Shown here one piece after another: positions 49,532 through 63,300 of a stretch of DNA of 64,000 nt. A program made the translations under genes and the position numbers. Location of the stretch: contig OZ076409.1 of the NCBI GenBank assembly GCA_964187785.1, forward strand, positions 28,832,001-28,896,000, given 5' to 3'. Source of the DNA: Amphiscolops sp. MND2022. Its lineage: Eukaryota. Numbering within the stretch: the stretch's first letter is position 1; every line of letters begins with the position of its first letter. The notes beneath the pieces were generated by a model. That model was not told the origin of the DNA and searched no databases. It saw only the letters and a list, made by a program, of their open reading frames with translations.

Positions 49532-51812
49532 ATGGCGCTGCGAGCATCAAACTCGTCAAATACTGCTACGTCCTCGCAAAAGGACGCAATTCCTTCACTA
49601 CTTCCGGGATTACCACTGTTTTGGCCGGATGCAGAAAAACACCCTGCGATGGAATGGGAAAGATGGATAGATTTATTTGCTCTGGCGGTGATGGCTAAAC
49701 ACTCGATATCAATAGACGAACTGACAAGAACGGTGGATGAGAGTCAACATAGGGTAAAGGCGCTAATAGGGGATATGCCAGAAGAAGCGGCTGAGAAGAA
49801 AGTCGTAACTTGGTTATTCCTGTCAGTTGGCGAACCGGCACGAAAACTCTTTAAAGATAAATATCCAGAGTTGTCAGTGTGGACACTACGGACTAGAGAG
49901 ATGCTGTAAAGATGCGAGAATTGTTTCTACATAGCAAGAAATAGAACGTTAGATAGACACAAGTTCCTATCCAGAAAACAGCAAGTAAACGAATCGCTAC
50001 AACAGTTTTGGCATGCGCTCCACGGCTTAGCGAATTGGGGGAAATTCCCCAAACATTAGTGCACGACGTCTTCATTTTAAATAAGAACAATAAGAAGGTG
50101 AAGGAGAAGCTGTGTGTGGAACCATTCAAAGACCCCCAAGAAGCCCTACAATATGCCATATCCTATGAAGAAGGCATAAAAAGACAAAGGTCTATGGGGA
50201 TAGGAGTGGCAGAAGGCTCGAAAGCAACAATAAAGACTGAACCAGTATGCGCTGTGGATAAAGTGAACAACCGAGAATGTTGTGGGGCAGGCAATTTTAC
50301 AACTGACCACATAAGGAGATATCCAGCGACAAATCATAAATGTTAGTTCTGCAACATCATGGGACAACTGGAAAAGTTCTGCAATCAGAAGTATCCGGAG
50401 AGAGAAAAGCAAATGAAGCAGAGGATGCAAAATCGCAGAAAAGGATTTTCCCGGGTAAATTACATATCCGAAGAATAAACCGTTCGAGATAGAAGGCTCG
50501 ATGTGTGGCAACAAACTCAGAGCCATAATCGATACGGGGTCGCATGTCTCGATATTTGCGATAGACGAACTGAGAAGAATAATTGGAAAACGGTGGGTGG
50601 TCGTCAGAGACATGATAGATGGTGAAAGATATGTCGACTTCAACCGACGCCCACTTCCGTTATTGGTATACATGTTTGTCAGCATCCAATTAGCAAAAAC
50701 AAGAAAGTCAAAAGCAAGAGTGCTGGTGGCGAAGAAAGGAGCTAAATCGATCATCGGCGTGATTGGCTTACAGCGCTGAAATACAGAATCGAACTACCAA
50801 TCACAAAAGGTGAGAACGCTGTAAATAGTAATTCCCGCGGCTTAGCGAAATGGGGGAAATTCCCCAAACATTAGTGCACGACGTCTTCATTTTAAATAAG
50901 AACAATAAGAAGGTGCAGGAGAAGCTGTGTGTGGAACCATTCAAAGACCCCCAAGAAGCCCTACAATATGCCATATCCTATGAAGAAGGCATAAAAAGAC
51001 AAAGGTCTATAGGGATAGGAGTGGCAGAAGGCTCGAAAGCAACAATAAAGACTGAACCAGAATGCGCTGTGGATAAGGTGAACAACCGAGAATGTTGTGG
51101 GGCAGGCAATTTTACAACTGACCACATAAGGAGATGTCCAGCGACAAATCATAAATGTTAGTTCTGCAACATCATGGGACATCTGGAAAAGTGCTGCAAT
51201 CAGAAGTATCCGGAGAGAGAAAAGCAAATGAAGCAGAGGATGCAAAATCGCAGAAAAGGATTTTCCCGGGTAAATTACATATCCGAAGAATCCGAAGAAG
51301 AACTGGATGAAGACGAAATGGTTCTGCAGGTCGATGGGACGGCAGTGAAACCGTTCGAGATAGAAGGCTCGATGTGTGGCAACAAACTCAGAGCCATAAT
51401 CGATACGGGGTCGCATGTCTCGATATTTGCGATAGACGAACTGAGAAGAATAATTGGAAAACGGTGGGTGGTCGTCAGAGACATGATAGATGGTGAAAGA
51501 TATGTCGACTTCAACCGACGCCCACTTCCGTTATTGGTATACATGTTTGTCAGCATCCAATTAGGAAAATCAAGAAAGTCAAAAGCAAGAGTGCTGGTGG
51601 CGAAGAAAGGAGCTAAATCGATCATCGGCCGTGATTGGCTTACAGCGCTGAAATACAGAATCGAACTACCAATCACAAAAGGTGAGAACGCTGTAAATAG
51701 TATTTCCCGCGAAAGCGACGAATCAGAAAATAAGCTAAGTCCGGACGCGCAGCAATTAGTTCAAGAGTTTCCAAATCTATTTAAACGACGCGGTAGAATA
51801 AACAATTGTTAA
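49532..51812 (+). pseudogene. gag-protease with an internal ~0.85-kb tandem duplication
   Basis: WERWIDLF, FLSRKQ…ES, CNIMGHLEKCC knuckle and IIDTGS. 50023-50839 repeats 50838-51711 with a ~56-bp deletion. Confidence 0.85.
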
Positions 51813-51824
51813 ATCAAAATTGAA

Positions 51825-52904
51825 ATGAAAGACGGCACGCGAGTAACACAGCAGAAAGGACGTAGAATCCCAATTCAATTACAAGACCAAGTTGATAACG
51901 AAATAAAAAAATTATTAGATCAGGGGCATATCGAAAGAGTACACTCGATAAACGATGACGTTTTCATACAACCTGTAGTAATAACTGTAAAGAAAGATCG
52001 ATCCGTGAAAATAGCTTTAGACGCAAGAGCGCTGAATGACTCGATTGCAAAAGACAAGTACCAGATGCCAAATTTGGATAACCTGATGGATATGGTCGCA
52101 GGAAAAATCGACGGAAAAGAGGGCCAAGTTTTTTATTCGTCTGTAGATATGAAGTACGCGTATGGACAAATTCCGCTGGATGAAAGCACGGCAAAACACT
52201 GTAACTTTCAAATAAGAGGCGGAAAGTCAACTGGTACATACAGATTTGTAACGGGACATTACGGACTAACAATAATGCCGAGCGAAGTTCAGAAAGTAAT
52301 GGACATAAGACTTGTAAATATGGATGGTACATTTGTATTTATAGACGATATTTTAATTGTTACAAAGGGTGAAAAAAGTGTACATATGCAAAAAGTTCGG
52401 GACGTATTAGAGGTGTTAGATAAAGCTAACTTGCAATTGAAAGCTGACAAATATAAAATAGCGTGTACAGAAATTGAATGGTTGGGATATAAATTATCAG
52501 GTGAAGGCGTAGCCCCAATAAATGGCAAAATTCAAGGAATTAGCGAAAGGCTAAGACCGAACAACTTGAAGGAATTGAGATCCTTCTTGGGGGCGGTCAA
52601 CCAATTGAATAAATTTGTCCCTGACCTAGCAAATACTTGTGCACCATTCAGATCGATCCTAAAGAAAGAAGCAGAATGGAATTGGACAAAAGAGCATGAA
52701 GAAGCCTTCCTAAAAATAAACCAAGAAATTAAATTGATAACGGAACTGACACATTTTAAAAGAAAAAAGAAACCAAGAATCATATGCGATGCAAGCAAAC
52801 AAGGGCTCGGAGCGGTGCTCCAACAACAGCAAAATAACCAAGAATGGAAACCGGTGTCATTTGCGTCAAGATTTTTAACAAATTTCGAAGCGAAATATTG
52901 TTAA
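51825..52904 (+). CDS. Gypsy reverse transcriptase and start of RNase H
   Basis: KKDRSVKIALDARALN, YGL, FIDD, LRSFLG and CDASKQGLGAVL. Confidence 0.93.
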   Translation: MKDGTRVTQQKGRRIPIQLQDQVDNEIKKLLDQGHIERVHSINDDVFIQPVVITVKKDRSVKIALDARALNDSIAKDKYQMPNLDNLMDMVAGKIDGKEGQVFYSSVDMKYAYGQIPLDESTAKHCNFQIRGGKSTGTYRFVTGHYGLTIMPSEVQKVMDIRLVNMDGTFVFIDDILIVTKGEKSVHMQKVRDVLEVLDKANLQLKADKYKIACTEIEWLGYKLSGEGVAPINGKIQGISERLRPNNLKELRSFLGAVNQLNKFVPDLANTCAPFRSILKKEAEWNWTKEHEEAFLKINQEIKLITELTHFKRKKKPRIICDASKQGLGAVLQQQQNNQEWKPVSFASRFLTNFEAKYC

Positions 52905-53000
52905 ATGAACTATAGCTTTTAGCTGTAGTATGGGCGACAGAACATTTTAGAAATTACGTTTACGGAGTAAAATTTCAAGTTATTTCAGATCATAAAGCGC

Positions 53001-54761
53001 TTGCCTCAGTACTACGACCGAACAGAGGAATTAAAACAGGTTTCAAGCCGCCTAACTAGATGGGTGGATAGGCTATTACCATTTGAGTTTGAGGTAATAC
53101 ATGCACCTGGAAGGGTACTAGTTCTTGCGGATCACATATCTCAGCATCCTACCGAAATGAAAGGAACAGCAGTAAAAGCCGAAAAATTATGGAACGATTG
53201 GTTTACGGTAAATACAATCACGAGAATTAATGTCATTCCAGAAAATGAGACAACTCCGCAGGATGCATCAAAAGAAATGAAGCTGACGCGCGCGCCTGAC
53301 TCAGTCTTACGAGTAGAGAACGAACACGAGGACAGACAGGCGAAGAAAGTAAAAGAGCGAAAAGGTAAGCAACCAATCAAATTGCGCGAAAGTAAAACGA
53401 ACGAAAACGAACACATAATTAGTGCGGAGAATAAATTGTCTAACGTAAGAAAACAGCGAGAAAGCGAAATCATGCAAACCGGCGCATCCGAGATAATTGA
53501 CAAAATAAATGAAGCATTTTTACCGGCTAACTACGAAGCGGATAAAGTTGTACAAAAAGTAATCCAACTAGTAAAAACCAGGGAAGGATCCAAAATTTCA
53601 AGACTACCTGCCCCATGGAGGGAGAAGTTTAACGCCTTTAGCGTAGATCATAGAACTTATTTATACATGGATCAACGATTAGTAATCCCCGCAAACCTTC
53701 GCTCGTCGATTATGAGCTCGTTTCATTATGGTCACCCAAGAAGAGATACCATGTTACGGTACGTGGCCGACATCTGGTGGCCGAAGATTCACCGGGAGGT
53801 GATAGATACCGCAAAATGTTGTGAGCAGTGCAGCAAATCAGGTAAAAACGTTAAACTTTTATTAAAACAGTCACAGTTTGGGGAAATACCAAATTCGAAT
53901 GAACCAAATGAGGAAATTGCGTTAGATTTTGCTATCCCTTTCAAAATGCCGAGCATGGAAAAAATTATTTGTTAGTCGCGATAGATAATTACTCCGCGTG
54001 GCCTGACGCCCTATTTTTATATAAACCTACAACCAAGAAGGTTATCGAATTTTCAAAAAACTACGTGGCACAGTACGGTATACCAAAACAAATCAGGTCT
54101 GATACCGGCTCAGTTTTTACTAGTAAAGAATTTAAAACATTCTGCCAACAATTTCATTAAAACACGTAACCTGCCCGGTACGCGACCACCGGGGAAACGG
54201 TAAAATAGAGCGATTGATCAGAACCCTCAACGAGCGATTAAGGACGAATAGAAACAATATCTTGGAAAGAGATCAATCCGGATTGTCGGAAATCCTATAC
54301 GCGCTAAGAATGGGAAAAAAGGCGGACGGAAAATCGCCATTCGAAAGGCTATACGGACGGGAACCGAATACCGTGAATAGTAACATAATAAACAAAATCA
54401 AGAATGTTTCAGAAAACGATCCGAAAGTTGAGTTTACGCAGTCAGACTTCGAGGAAGAGGTAGACTCAGCAATCCTAGTGAGGGAACGCACTAAAGGCTC
54501 GAAGTTAAAAGACAGTACAAAAGAAAGACAGGAAAAGTGATAAAAGAGAGGGCTCACACCATCACATTCTTACCAAAAAACAGTAAGAAAGATGTTGTGT
54601 ACGCAAAAAGAGACGTGGCTAAAGCAAATGAGACTAAGTTAGCAGAAGCACAAAAGGCGAAGAACCCGAAAAATGAGGACAAGATAGGAGAGCTGGAAGA
54701 GTCTTCTGACGACGAAACCTACATGCCCCGGAAGATGCGGAGGACGAAGAAACAACAGTAA
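53001..54761 (+). pseudogene. RNase H end, linker and integrase, frameshifted
   Basis: HYGHP…CEQC, ALDFA, RSDTGSVF, GNGKIER and SPFERLYGREP. Confidence 0.88.
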
Positions 54762-57289
54762 CGGACAATACGTCAGAAGAGATTGAGACAACCATCACCA
54801 TGGAAACAGGGGAAAACAAAGAAGAATCTCAGCCGGCGGAAAAGGCAGATCCCCAGGAAATGAACGAAACACAGGAAAAGCACTCGGCAGCAGGAGGGTC
54901 AACTTGAGAAGAAGGACCGTCAACGAAGAAAGCTGTAAAGGCCTCGGTGGAGTGGCCAAAAGCCAGGTTGAGAGAGCCCCGAAAAAGACAACCAACGGAG
55001 AGATATGGCATTGTTGTCATTATGAGTGTGACAGGAGAACAATCCGGAAATGAGAAGAAGTAAAGGAAAAAGGCAGTACATGGACAATCTGAAAAGAAAA
55101 CATTAAACACGAACCATCTGAAAAGAACACATTGTGAAGTCATGTAACCTGAAATAAATAACATTAACTAGAAACTTTTAGTTTGTTTGTTGAGATATGA
55201 ACATTGTTGTATTATGTTATTCTACATTTTACTGCTGCTAATGGTGGAGCATACATAACCAGGTGCACTCGCAGGTGTTATATTAAAACGGGGGGTGTGA
55301 TAGATGTGAAAAGAGCAGTTAGAATAACATTGAACTGAAATGATATTAATTACTAACACCTGCTAAAATGCTAGATCTAAATACATTAGGATCAATCAGT
55401 TGCTGTTGCCTTTGTATTGAGATTAATACGAAATTCATTCTTAATACTTCATTTCTTTTTGGTTCGCATCGATACCCTTTAACACTGCTACTTGTTTATA
55501 GGTATTAAATGAGAAATGATTTTCACAAGTACTAATCGATGCTCTGTTTATCATGTAACATGTATTGAAGTGCATAAAAAGTGTTAGGTAAAATGAGGAC
55601 TGGATAGGCCGGTCGTTCTTTTAGGTAATATAAATCATGTAATGTTAGTTTGTGTTGAGCTGAAAATAAAGTCCTTGACAACTGAGACGCGTCGTCGTCA
55701 AACTTCATCATGCCATCCGGCATGACAGATGGTCACTCAAAACAGTTGCACGTGACTGCTTTAGCCTATATACCTGCACATTCACACCATTTGTCTCTTT
55801 TTGTTGTAACTTTCTAGTTGCTCAAAAGAACGTACATTGTATCTCTAAATGTTGGGTTCTTGTAAGCGGTCTTCATGTTCAATGAGTTGAATTGATAGCA
55901 GGCTTAACCGCAAAGGCGACGATGGCTTTAAGTGTAGAAAGTTGATACTGCGGGTAAGTAGGTGTCGTGCAAGTCAACGCGTGGCGTCTCAAAGAAGACC
56001 TATGTCGAACTTCAAGTTTTGTAATTGATAACGTTGCCATTAACAGCTATTTTGTGCGTAAAATAAACCTTACCGCCAATGTTGTCTTTTCATTGCTTTG
56101 TCTACACGTCAGGATGTATATCTGCTGCACTGCTTGGAGAAAAACTTGGACCTAAAGCGACGCAATTTTTTGTTGCCAAATTTTATAGTTGTTGCCCAGT
56201 GAAGCGGACAAAGACGCGCTCAGGCTCCCATAGTGTCCTTTCAGAGTATCTAATAGTCGTTTGCATGCGTAGGCATCCGATTGCTGTAGGCATATCTGTT
56301 GTTCCGATTGCCTGTTCCACCAGGTTTTACCTCTTCTGAAGCTTTGTCATTGCATGGTATGGTGTCGCATTGTTCTTCTGGGGGGGGGGGGGGGGTTAGA
56401 TTCCAGGTTGTTATCCAATGGTTGGCATTTCTGACTGCCCACGCTTTCCACTTCGGGGCCTCCAGACCGGACTGCTTTTTCGTTAATTTTTCTGAAGTCT
56501 TCAATTTACTTTCGATAACAAAAACCAGCTAAATGAGCTGTGACCCTTTTGCTGCCTTTGTGCTGGTATCTTGACCCGATATGCTTCACTGGCCACTCAA
56601 GTTTTCAATGCCATGATAAAGGAAAGGAAAGAGCCAGACCTTTAGGAACCCTCAATTGCAACGCCCGCTTTCAAGTCTGGCGACCAAAAATTGAGGAAAT
56701 TTAATGACCTATAAGCTTTTTTCCATAGCTTTAACCTAATTTCGAGGAATTGCTATTCCGCCACATGTATCCACTAGTCCGATACTCAATATATGACCTT
56801 CAACATAAAAAAAACAATGAATTCCCTTCAAATAATAGATATAGAACAATACACACTATTTAAAAGGCAGTATAGATAAAAATGAGTTATGCATTATACT
56901 AATATTAATAAAAATGACCAACAGATTAAAATAGTGAACAATGTTAATTGAAACGATAATCTCTCCAACAATTTTTTCTATGTTCTGGATTTTCAAATTC
57001 AAAAACAATTCTTCTTCTGAAATGGTGTTTAAGATTCATTTTCATTGGAATATATGAGAAGTTTGGATTCAAAAGTTTCGTAGGAATTTTGTTCTAGTGT
57101 GGAATATCTAGGTTGAAAAAGCTTTTTCGAAGGTATTCACTATTCGTTTCTGTTTTGTTCATTAAGGTTTCATTAACATGGTTCTACAAGGAAGTGCTCT
57201 CCTATGACACAACTATTTATATTGTCCTACTTTAATGATCTGTACGAACAAAACCACAAATTGTTGCCTCCAGCTATGCTAGTTAACTA

Positions 57290-57470
57290 GTCCGAAGCAA
57301 GTCCGAATCAAAGGTAGGCTCCGCCATTTTCTGGAGCAAAATATGATGAAGTACCTAATCAAAAGCCTGTCTAAAATCGAAGTAATTACTTCGATTTTAG
57401 AAAGGCTTTTGATTAGGTACTTCATCATATTTTGCTCCAGAAAATGGCGGAGCCTAGCTTCGCTTCGGAC
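57290..57470. repeat. Near-perfect palindrome (hairpin MITE-like)
   Basis: 57315-57456 is self-complementary with no spacer and one mismatch. Outer AGTCCGAAGC / GCTTCGGACT. Confidence 0.9.
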
Positions 57471-58182
57471 TTGGTGACATTATTCAAATCCTATCTCAAC
57501 TATTGTCAATCAATAAGTTCCTCGACCGAATGGTTATTAATAATAGTGGAGTACCTCCTCCGTCAACAGCTTCCAAAACGATCTTCCTGATTAAAATGAC
57601 AGGGTCTTTTTGCTGTTTATTAATTGATGACAGGAATTTAATGTAGTTTAATTGATATACGACTGTATACTGAGTTTTTTGTGGGTGGGCTGACGAGGAC
57701 AATTTCGGAATTTGAAATCTACAGTTCCATTGTTCACTGAACGGAAGACCATGCAGTTATCTTACCAAACGATTTTACACGAGACAAGCATATCTAGAAT
57801 AAACAAGATGCGGCTAAGAAAGCATTTCAATACTTGAAACGGTGAAATTCGTGTTAGGTCCTTCACTAAGCCTTTGTGCTGTCGATTGTTTCTTCAGAGT
57901 ATTCTATAGTACGTTTCACTGGTATGAGTAATTTCTTTCGAACAAGAAATGATGTCTTTAGGTTTACTAGCTTACCCTAGTTGAAACTACAGGAACTTTT
58001 TACATGCTGCGACATGCATGCAGGGTAATTTTTTAAATAAAACCTAGAAAATTCAGCGAACTCGGCTGGTAACCCATGTACAATTACACTGCATTTTCCA
58101 CTATACTGCAATTAAAATTGAAAATAAACTGCACATCATTACCGACACGATCACTTTCTATTGACATTTCGTTTTCTCTACT

Positions 58183-58382
58183 NNNNNNNNNNNNNNNNNN
58201 NNNNNNNNNNNNNNNNNNNNNNNNNNNNNNNNNNNNNNNNNNNNNNNNNNNNNNNNNNNNNNNNNNNNNNNNNNNNNNNNNNNNNNNNNNNNNNNNNNNN
58301 NNNNNNNNNNNNNNNNNNNNNNNNNNNNNNNNNNNNNNNNNNNNNNNNNNNNNNNNNNNNNNNNNNNNNNNNNNNNNNNNNN
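58183..58382. other. Assembly gap (200 N)
   Basis: Run of N bases. Confidence 1.
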
Positions 58383-60317
58383 CTTAGTGATCTTTCAGCT
58401 TGATTTACCAGTGAAATTACAGTGCTATTTTACCAAAGTTCATCGCAATCACATCGCCAAGATTTCGGGTGAACAAAAATTGGGACATTTATTTGATTTT
58501 ATTTAATGATCCATCAGCGGATCTCACGGGACTTTAAAATGCATGAAAAACCATCCCATACTCATCGCCGTATTGTGATTACTAACTTTCAGTGTGCTTC
58601 TCATTTCTTAAAGAGCATAACACATCCATATTTCATCGTCCTGACTAGTAACAGTGAGAAATGAGAAAGTACATCCTTAATTCATCCTAAAAAAGAGTGA
58701 AGTGCTGGATATCTGTTTTATTTGACTAATTCATCACTAGTTCATCGTCAATTTAGCTCGCACTACATTTGGCAGATTTATTACACAAGTTCATCGCTAA
58801 TTCATCGCTAGTTCAACTTGCGCTAGAATTAGCCGAACTTTCAGTTGAGTTCATCCTAAACTCATCATTGGAATTTGATACATTAGATTTTGCTGTTTTA
58901 TTGAATGTATTCATCCTAAACTCATCGTACATTTGTCTTTACTGTAGAATTAGCTGCTTCACCTGTTTTATCGACTGAATTCATCCTGAATTCATCGTCA
59001 ATTTCACTAGTGCTGGAAATTAGTTATTTTCGAGGAGAGTTCATCCTTTTACCATCGTCGATTTAAATTGTGCTGGAAATCATTCATTTTGAAGACGAGT
59101 TCATCCTTTTATCATCGTCAGTTTAAATTGTGCTGGAAATCGTTCATTTTGAAGACGAGTTCATCCTTTTATCATCGTCAGTTTATATCGTGTTGATCTT
59201 CGAGCGAAAAGACCACCATTCATCGCATTTTCATCCAGAGCTAAACTAGACTTGAAAATCAGCAAATATTCTGACAGTTTCATCGCATTTCCATCTTTAA
59301 TTTTGAAGTAGTGATTTTAGTGCTAGAATTAGTTAGAAAAACATCGTTTTCCCATCCTGTGATATTTTTTACTCTGGTTTGACTTGAAATTAGTACATTA
59401 TTGAATGATTTGAGTTGCTATAGAAACCATGATGCTGCGTGCAGGTAATTGCGACATTGTAAAGTGATGATTAATCATAATTAGCATATGTAGATGTACC
59501 ATGTGGTTTAGCCAACTTGCGGCAGTTCACAACACCGGTCACGTGACTTACCAATTAGCACCAACTGGCAATAGCCAATAAGAGGCGGCTGGTAAGAGAT
59601 TTAGCGTCTTACCAGTCTGAAAAGACACGTGAACTGCTGTAAATTGGGCCGCCATAAGTGACGAAAGAGACCGAATTGCGATTAGCTACCATCCAGTTGG
59701 ATACTTAACGTCAAATTTCACCAGAAAATACATCTCTATTTCATCTCTGAAAACTGCAAAATCGCAAGCTAACTACTTTCTCGGTACATCTGCAACTGCG
59801 ATGAAAATTGGATGAACTTTCCTATTCATCTTTACTAATTTCCTGCTACTTTCCTGGCGACTTGTTTATTTGTATTAATCATCGATAAAACACCTCTGTT
59901 CAAATTTAGTGAATTAGAGATCATAAAATCAGATAAAACAGCTAAATACATCGCGATAACACCTCAGATAATCCAGTCTTCACTCATAATTCTTTTCTCC
60001 CATCTCTATGAACCCAGATCAAGGCACTGAACTCAGAAGCGGAAGAATTATTAGTTCCTCGTTAGAAACACCTGTTCCAACCGATCCAGACATGGCCCAG
60101 TCGTCCGCCAATGACTCCGATAGTAACGAAACTTCAGATATCTCGTCTCAGTTGTCTGAAATAAGAGAGAGTTATGAAAGAAAACTAAATGAGCTACAAA
60201 ATGAGTTTAGTCAACTGAAGGACTTAATGATGGCTGTCATAAGTAAGACAGACAGCGAAAATCGACCATCAACTTCGAAGGGTCCTTCAAAGCCGGCCCA
60301 CACGGTGGGGCTCGACA
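58383..60317 (+). mobile_element. 3' part of a long LTR with ~59-60-bp tandem repeats and a Gag N-terminus-like ORF (from 60008)
   Basis: Ends CTCGACA exactly where homology to 47858 begins. TTCATCC/TTCATCG repeats at 58670-59360. Coiled-coil-like YERKLNELQNEFSQLKDLM. Confidence 0.6.
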
Positions 60318-63300
60318 TTCAAAGAAAGATCTCTACTAGCAATGACAGTCTCTTTCTTACTTCGTCTTTATGTGATAACGCTATTGCTTTCTTTTCAGGC
60401 CAATTCGAGGCATGAGAGACTTCTGAAACGGAGTAGTGTGCGTTGTTTCCCCGAGTGACTAGATAATTTCCAGAAATGACACAGGTTTGATTACATGTTT
60501 CTCTCGCGTCTTCTATCGTTATTTTATTATGAAATTGCCGCACTGCAATCTTTGAATCACTTGCCACTCATGCCTCATCCTTCGTACTTGCACCTGCCTG
60601 TTCACGCTTCGTACGTGAAAGTTATGTTTTTGTCTTATGTGAGTTGCTGCCTACCAATCGGCTACAATAGTGTTTTTGAGAACTCGCGACCGAAGGTAGG
60701 ATGTGAATTCTAGATCCCGTCGCGTGCAGTGACTCCAAAACGTTCTGTGGACTTCAGCTGTTCTGTTTGTCGTTTCTGGTCAAAACCGTAGTCAGATTTT
60801 TGATCCTTCGTAATTTAAATTTCATGAGAGAGTGGTGTCGTTGCTGCTTGGAACTAGCTCTAATTAAGTGACGGGACATTGCTACAATCGCCAATGTTCA
60901 ACTGTTTGCCAAGGTCGTTCTGATCGGAGTTTTGGAATGGCTATTGGAATTCATTGGGAAGAGGGTGTCAGAACGCGGTGACGTCATGAAGTCGTGGACG
61001 TGCTGGCCGTTCTCTTCCCTACTGTTCGTCACTTTCTTAGTAAGGGCTCTCACCATGCTTGTTAATTCTCCGATCCGTTTATTCATTTCTAGAAACCTTT
61101 ACTCTATTATGAGTCTCTCATGATCTCTCTCATGTCTCTTCGTCCTTTCCGTTAAAATAATTACTCTGAGTAATGGTCAGCAACGTTAACATTATCGTCA
61201 TCAACAGTAAACCTATCTACTTTTGGTTGTTCGGTTCGATTCTCTTTATTAACTCGAGATCTAGTATTTACCATTGTTGGAAGAAGAGTTTGGTTTTTAG
61301 GTTGAATTAAGTTCCAAAGGTAGAATGTAATTTTACTACGTTGAAGGCAAGGAAAGAATTTTTATGTTGAGATTAAGCAGTACGTCTGAATATCACGGTA
61401 ACAAACGGTCAACTGGTTGATTTCTATTTCGCAATAAAACCTTCGTAGTCTTCAGTCACACGTTAGCAACGCCTAATTGAGTGCGTCTACTTCTTCGGTA
61501 CTACTGGTTAAGCCAGTAAATATCACTTCAAGGTGCGTTAGACGACTGGTTACTCCAGCCGTCGTTAATCCTGATCACAGCACTTTCGAACCTGTTATCA
61601 CATTACTAATCTTTTCACTTTTTAGCACCGACTAAATTACGATTGAAGGTTGTGGTGGCGATTATGGCTACAAAACGTTTACATAATATGAATCAACGCA
61701 CCAATTGCTGATGATGACTGAATCTTTTGGTTGTTAATTTGGATTTCTCCAAATGTATGAATCGACGCTCTATATATGGATGGTTACTGCTTGTGGTAAA
61801 TGTGAAAAGAGCAGTTAGACTAACATTGAACTGAAATGATATTAATTACTAAGACCTGCTAAAATGCTAGAGCTAGATTCTTAATACTTCACTTCTTCTT
61901 GCTTCGCATCGATACCCTTTACCATGGCGCTGCGAGCATCAAACTCGTCAAATACTGCTACGTCCTCGCAAAAGGACGCAATTCCTTCACTACTTCCGGG
62001 ATTACCACTGTTTTGGCCGGATGCAGAAAAACACCCTGCGATGGAATGGGAAAGATGGATAGATTTATTTGCTCTGGCGGTGATGGCTAAACACTCGATA
62101 TCAATAGACGAACTGACAAGAACGGTGGATGAGGGTCAACATAGGGTAAAGGCGCTAATAGGGGATATGCCAGAAGAAGCGGCTGAGAAGAAAGTCGTAA
62201 CTTGGTTATTCCTGTCAGTTGGCGAACCGGCACGAAAACTCTTTAAAGATAAATATCCAGAGTTGTCAGTGTGGACACTAAGGACTAGAGAGATGCTGCA
62301 AAGATGCGAGAATTGTTTCTACATAGCAAGAAATAGAACGTTAGATAGACACAAGTTCCTATCCAGAAAACAGCAAGTAAACGAATCGCTACAACAGTTT
62401 TGGCATGCGCTCCACGGCTTAGCGAATTGGGGGAAATTCCCCAAACATTAGTGCACGACGTCTTCATTTTAAATAAGAACAATAAGAAGGTGAAGGAGAA
62501 GCTGTGTGTGGAACCATTCAAAGACCCCCAAGAAGCCCTACAATATGCCATATCCTATGAAGAAGGCATAAAAAGACAAAGGTCTATGGGGATAGGAGTG
62601 GCAGAAGGCTCGAAAGCAACAATAAAGACTGAACCAGTATGCGCTGTGGATAAAGTGAACAACCGAGAATGTTGTGGGGCAGGCAATTTTACAACTGACC
62701 ACATAAGGAGATATCCAGCGACAAATCATAAATGTTAGTTCTGCAACATCATGGGACAACTGGAAAAGTTCTGCAATCAGAAGTATCCGGAGAGAGAAAA
62801 GCAAATGAAGCAGAGGATGCAAAATCGCAGAAAAGGATTTTCCCGGGTAAATTACATATCCGAAGAATAAACCGTTCGAGATAGAAGGCTCGATGTGTGG
62901 CAACAAACTCAGAGCCATAATCGATACGGGGTCGCATGTCTCGATATTTGCGGTAGACGAACTGAGAATAATAATTGGAAAACGGTGGGTGGTCGTCAGA
63001 GACATGATAGATGGTGAAAGATATGTCGACTTCAACCGACGCCCACTTCCGTTATTGGTATACATGTTTGTCAGCATCCAATTAGGAAAAACAAGAAAGT
63101 CAAAAGCAAGAGTCTGGTGGCGAAGAAAGGAGCTAAATCGATCATCGGCCGTGATTGGCTTACAGCGCTGAAATACAGAATCGAACTACCAATCACAAAA
63201 GGTGAGAACGCTGTAAATAGTAATTCCCGCGGCTTAGCGAAATGGGGGAAATTCCCCAAACATTAGTGCACGACGTCTTCATTTTAAATAAGAACAATAA

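Larger units (their letters stand above)
49344..55484 (+). mobile_element. Full-length decayed Ty3/Gypsy element with 189-bp LTRs
   Basis: LTRs 49344-49532 and 55296-55484, TSD CTGCT, PBS TGGCGCTGCGAGCA, PPT AAAACGGGGGG, and gag-PR-RT-RH-IN order. Confidence 0.95.
48506..55727 (-). mobile_element. Solo LTR (~1.08 kb) related to the 26405-27528 LTR, interrupted by a nested Gypsy element
   Basis: Minus strand TGTCATGCC … TCTGACA, TSD GAGGG / GATGG. Contains MVNTRSR… and KRIGELTSMV…PRSD, homologous to the gag N-terminus of the large element. Confidence 0.8.

Noticed and set aside
56380..56395. G16 run as a functional G-quadruplex
   Set aside because: A simple homopolymer with no supporting context.
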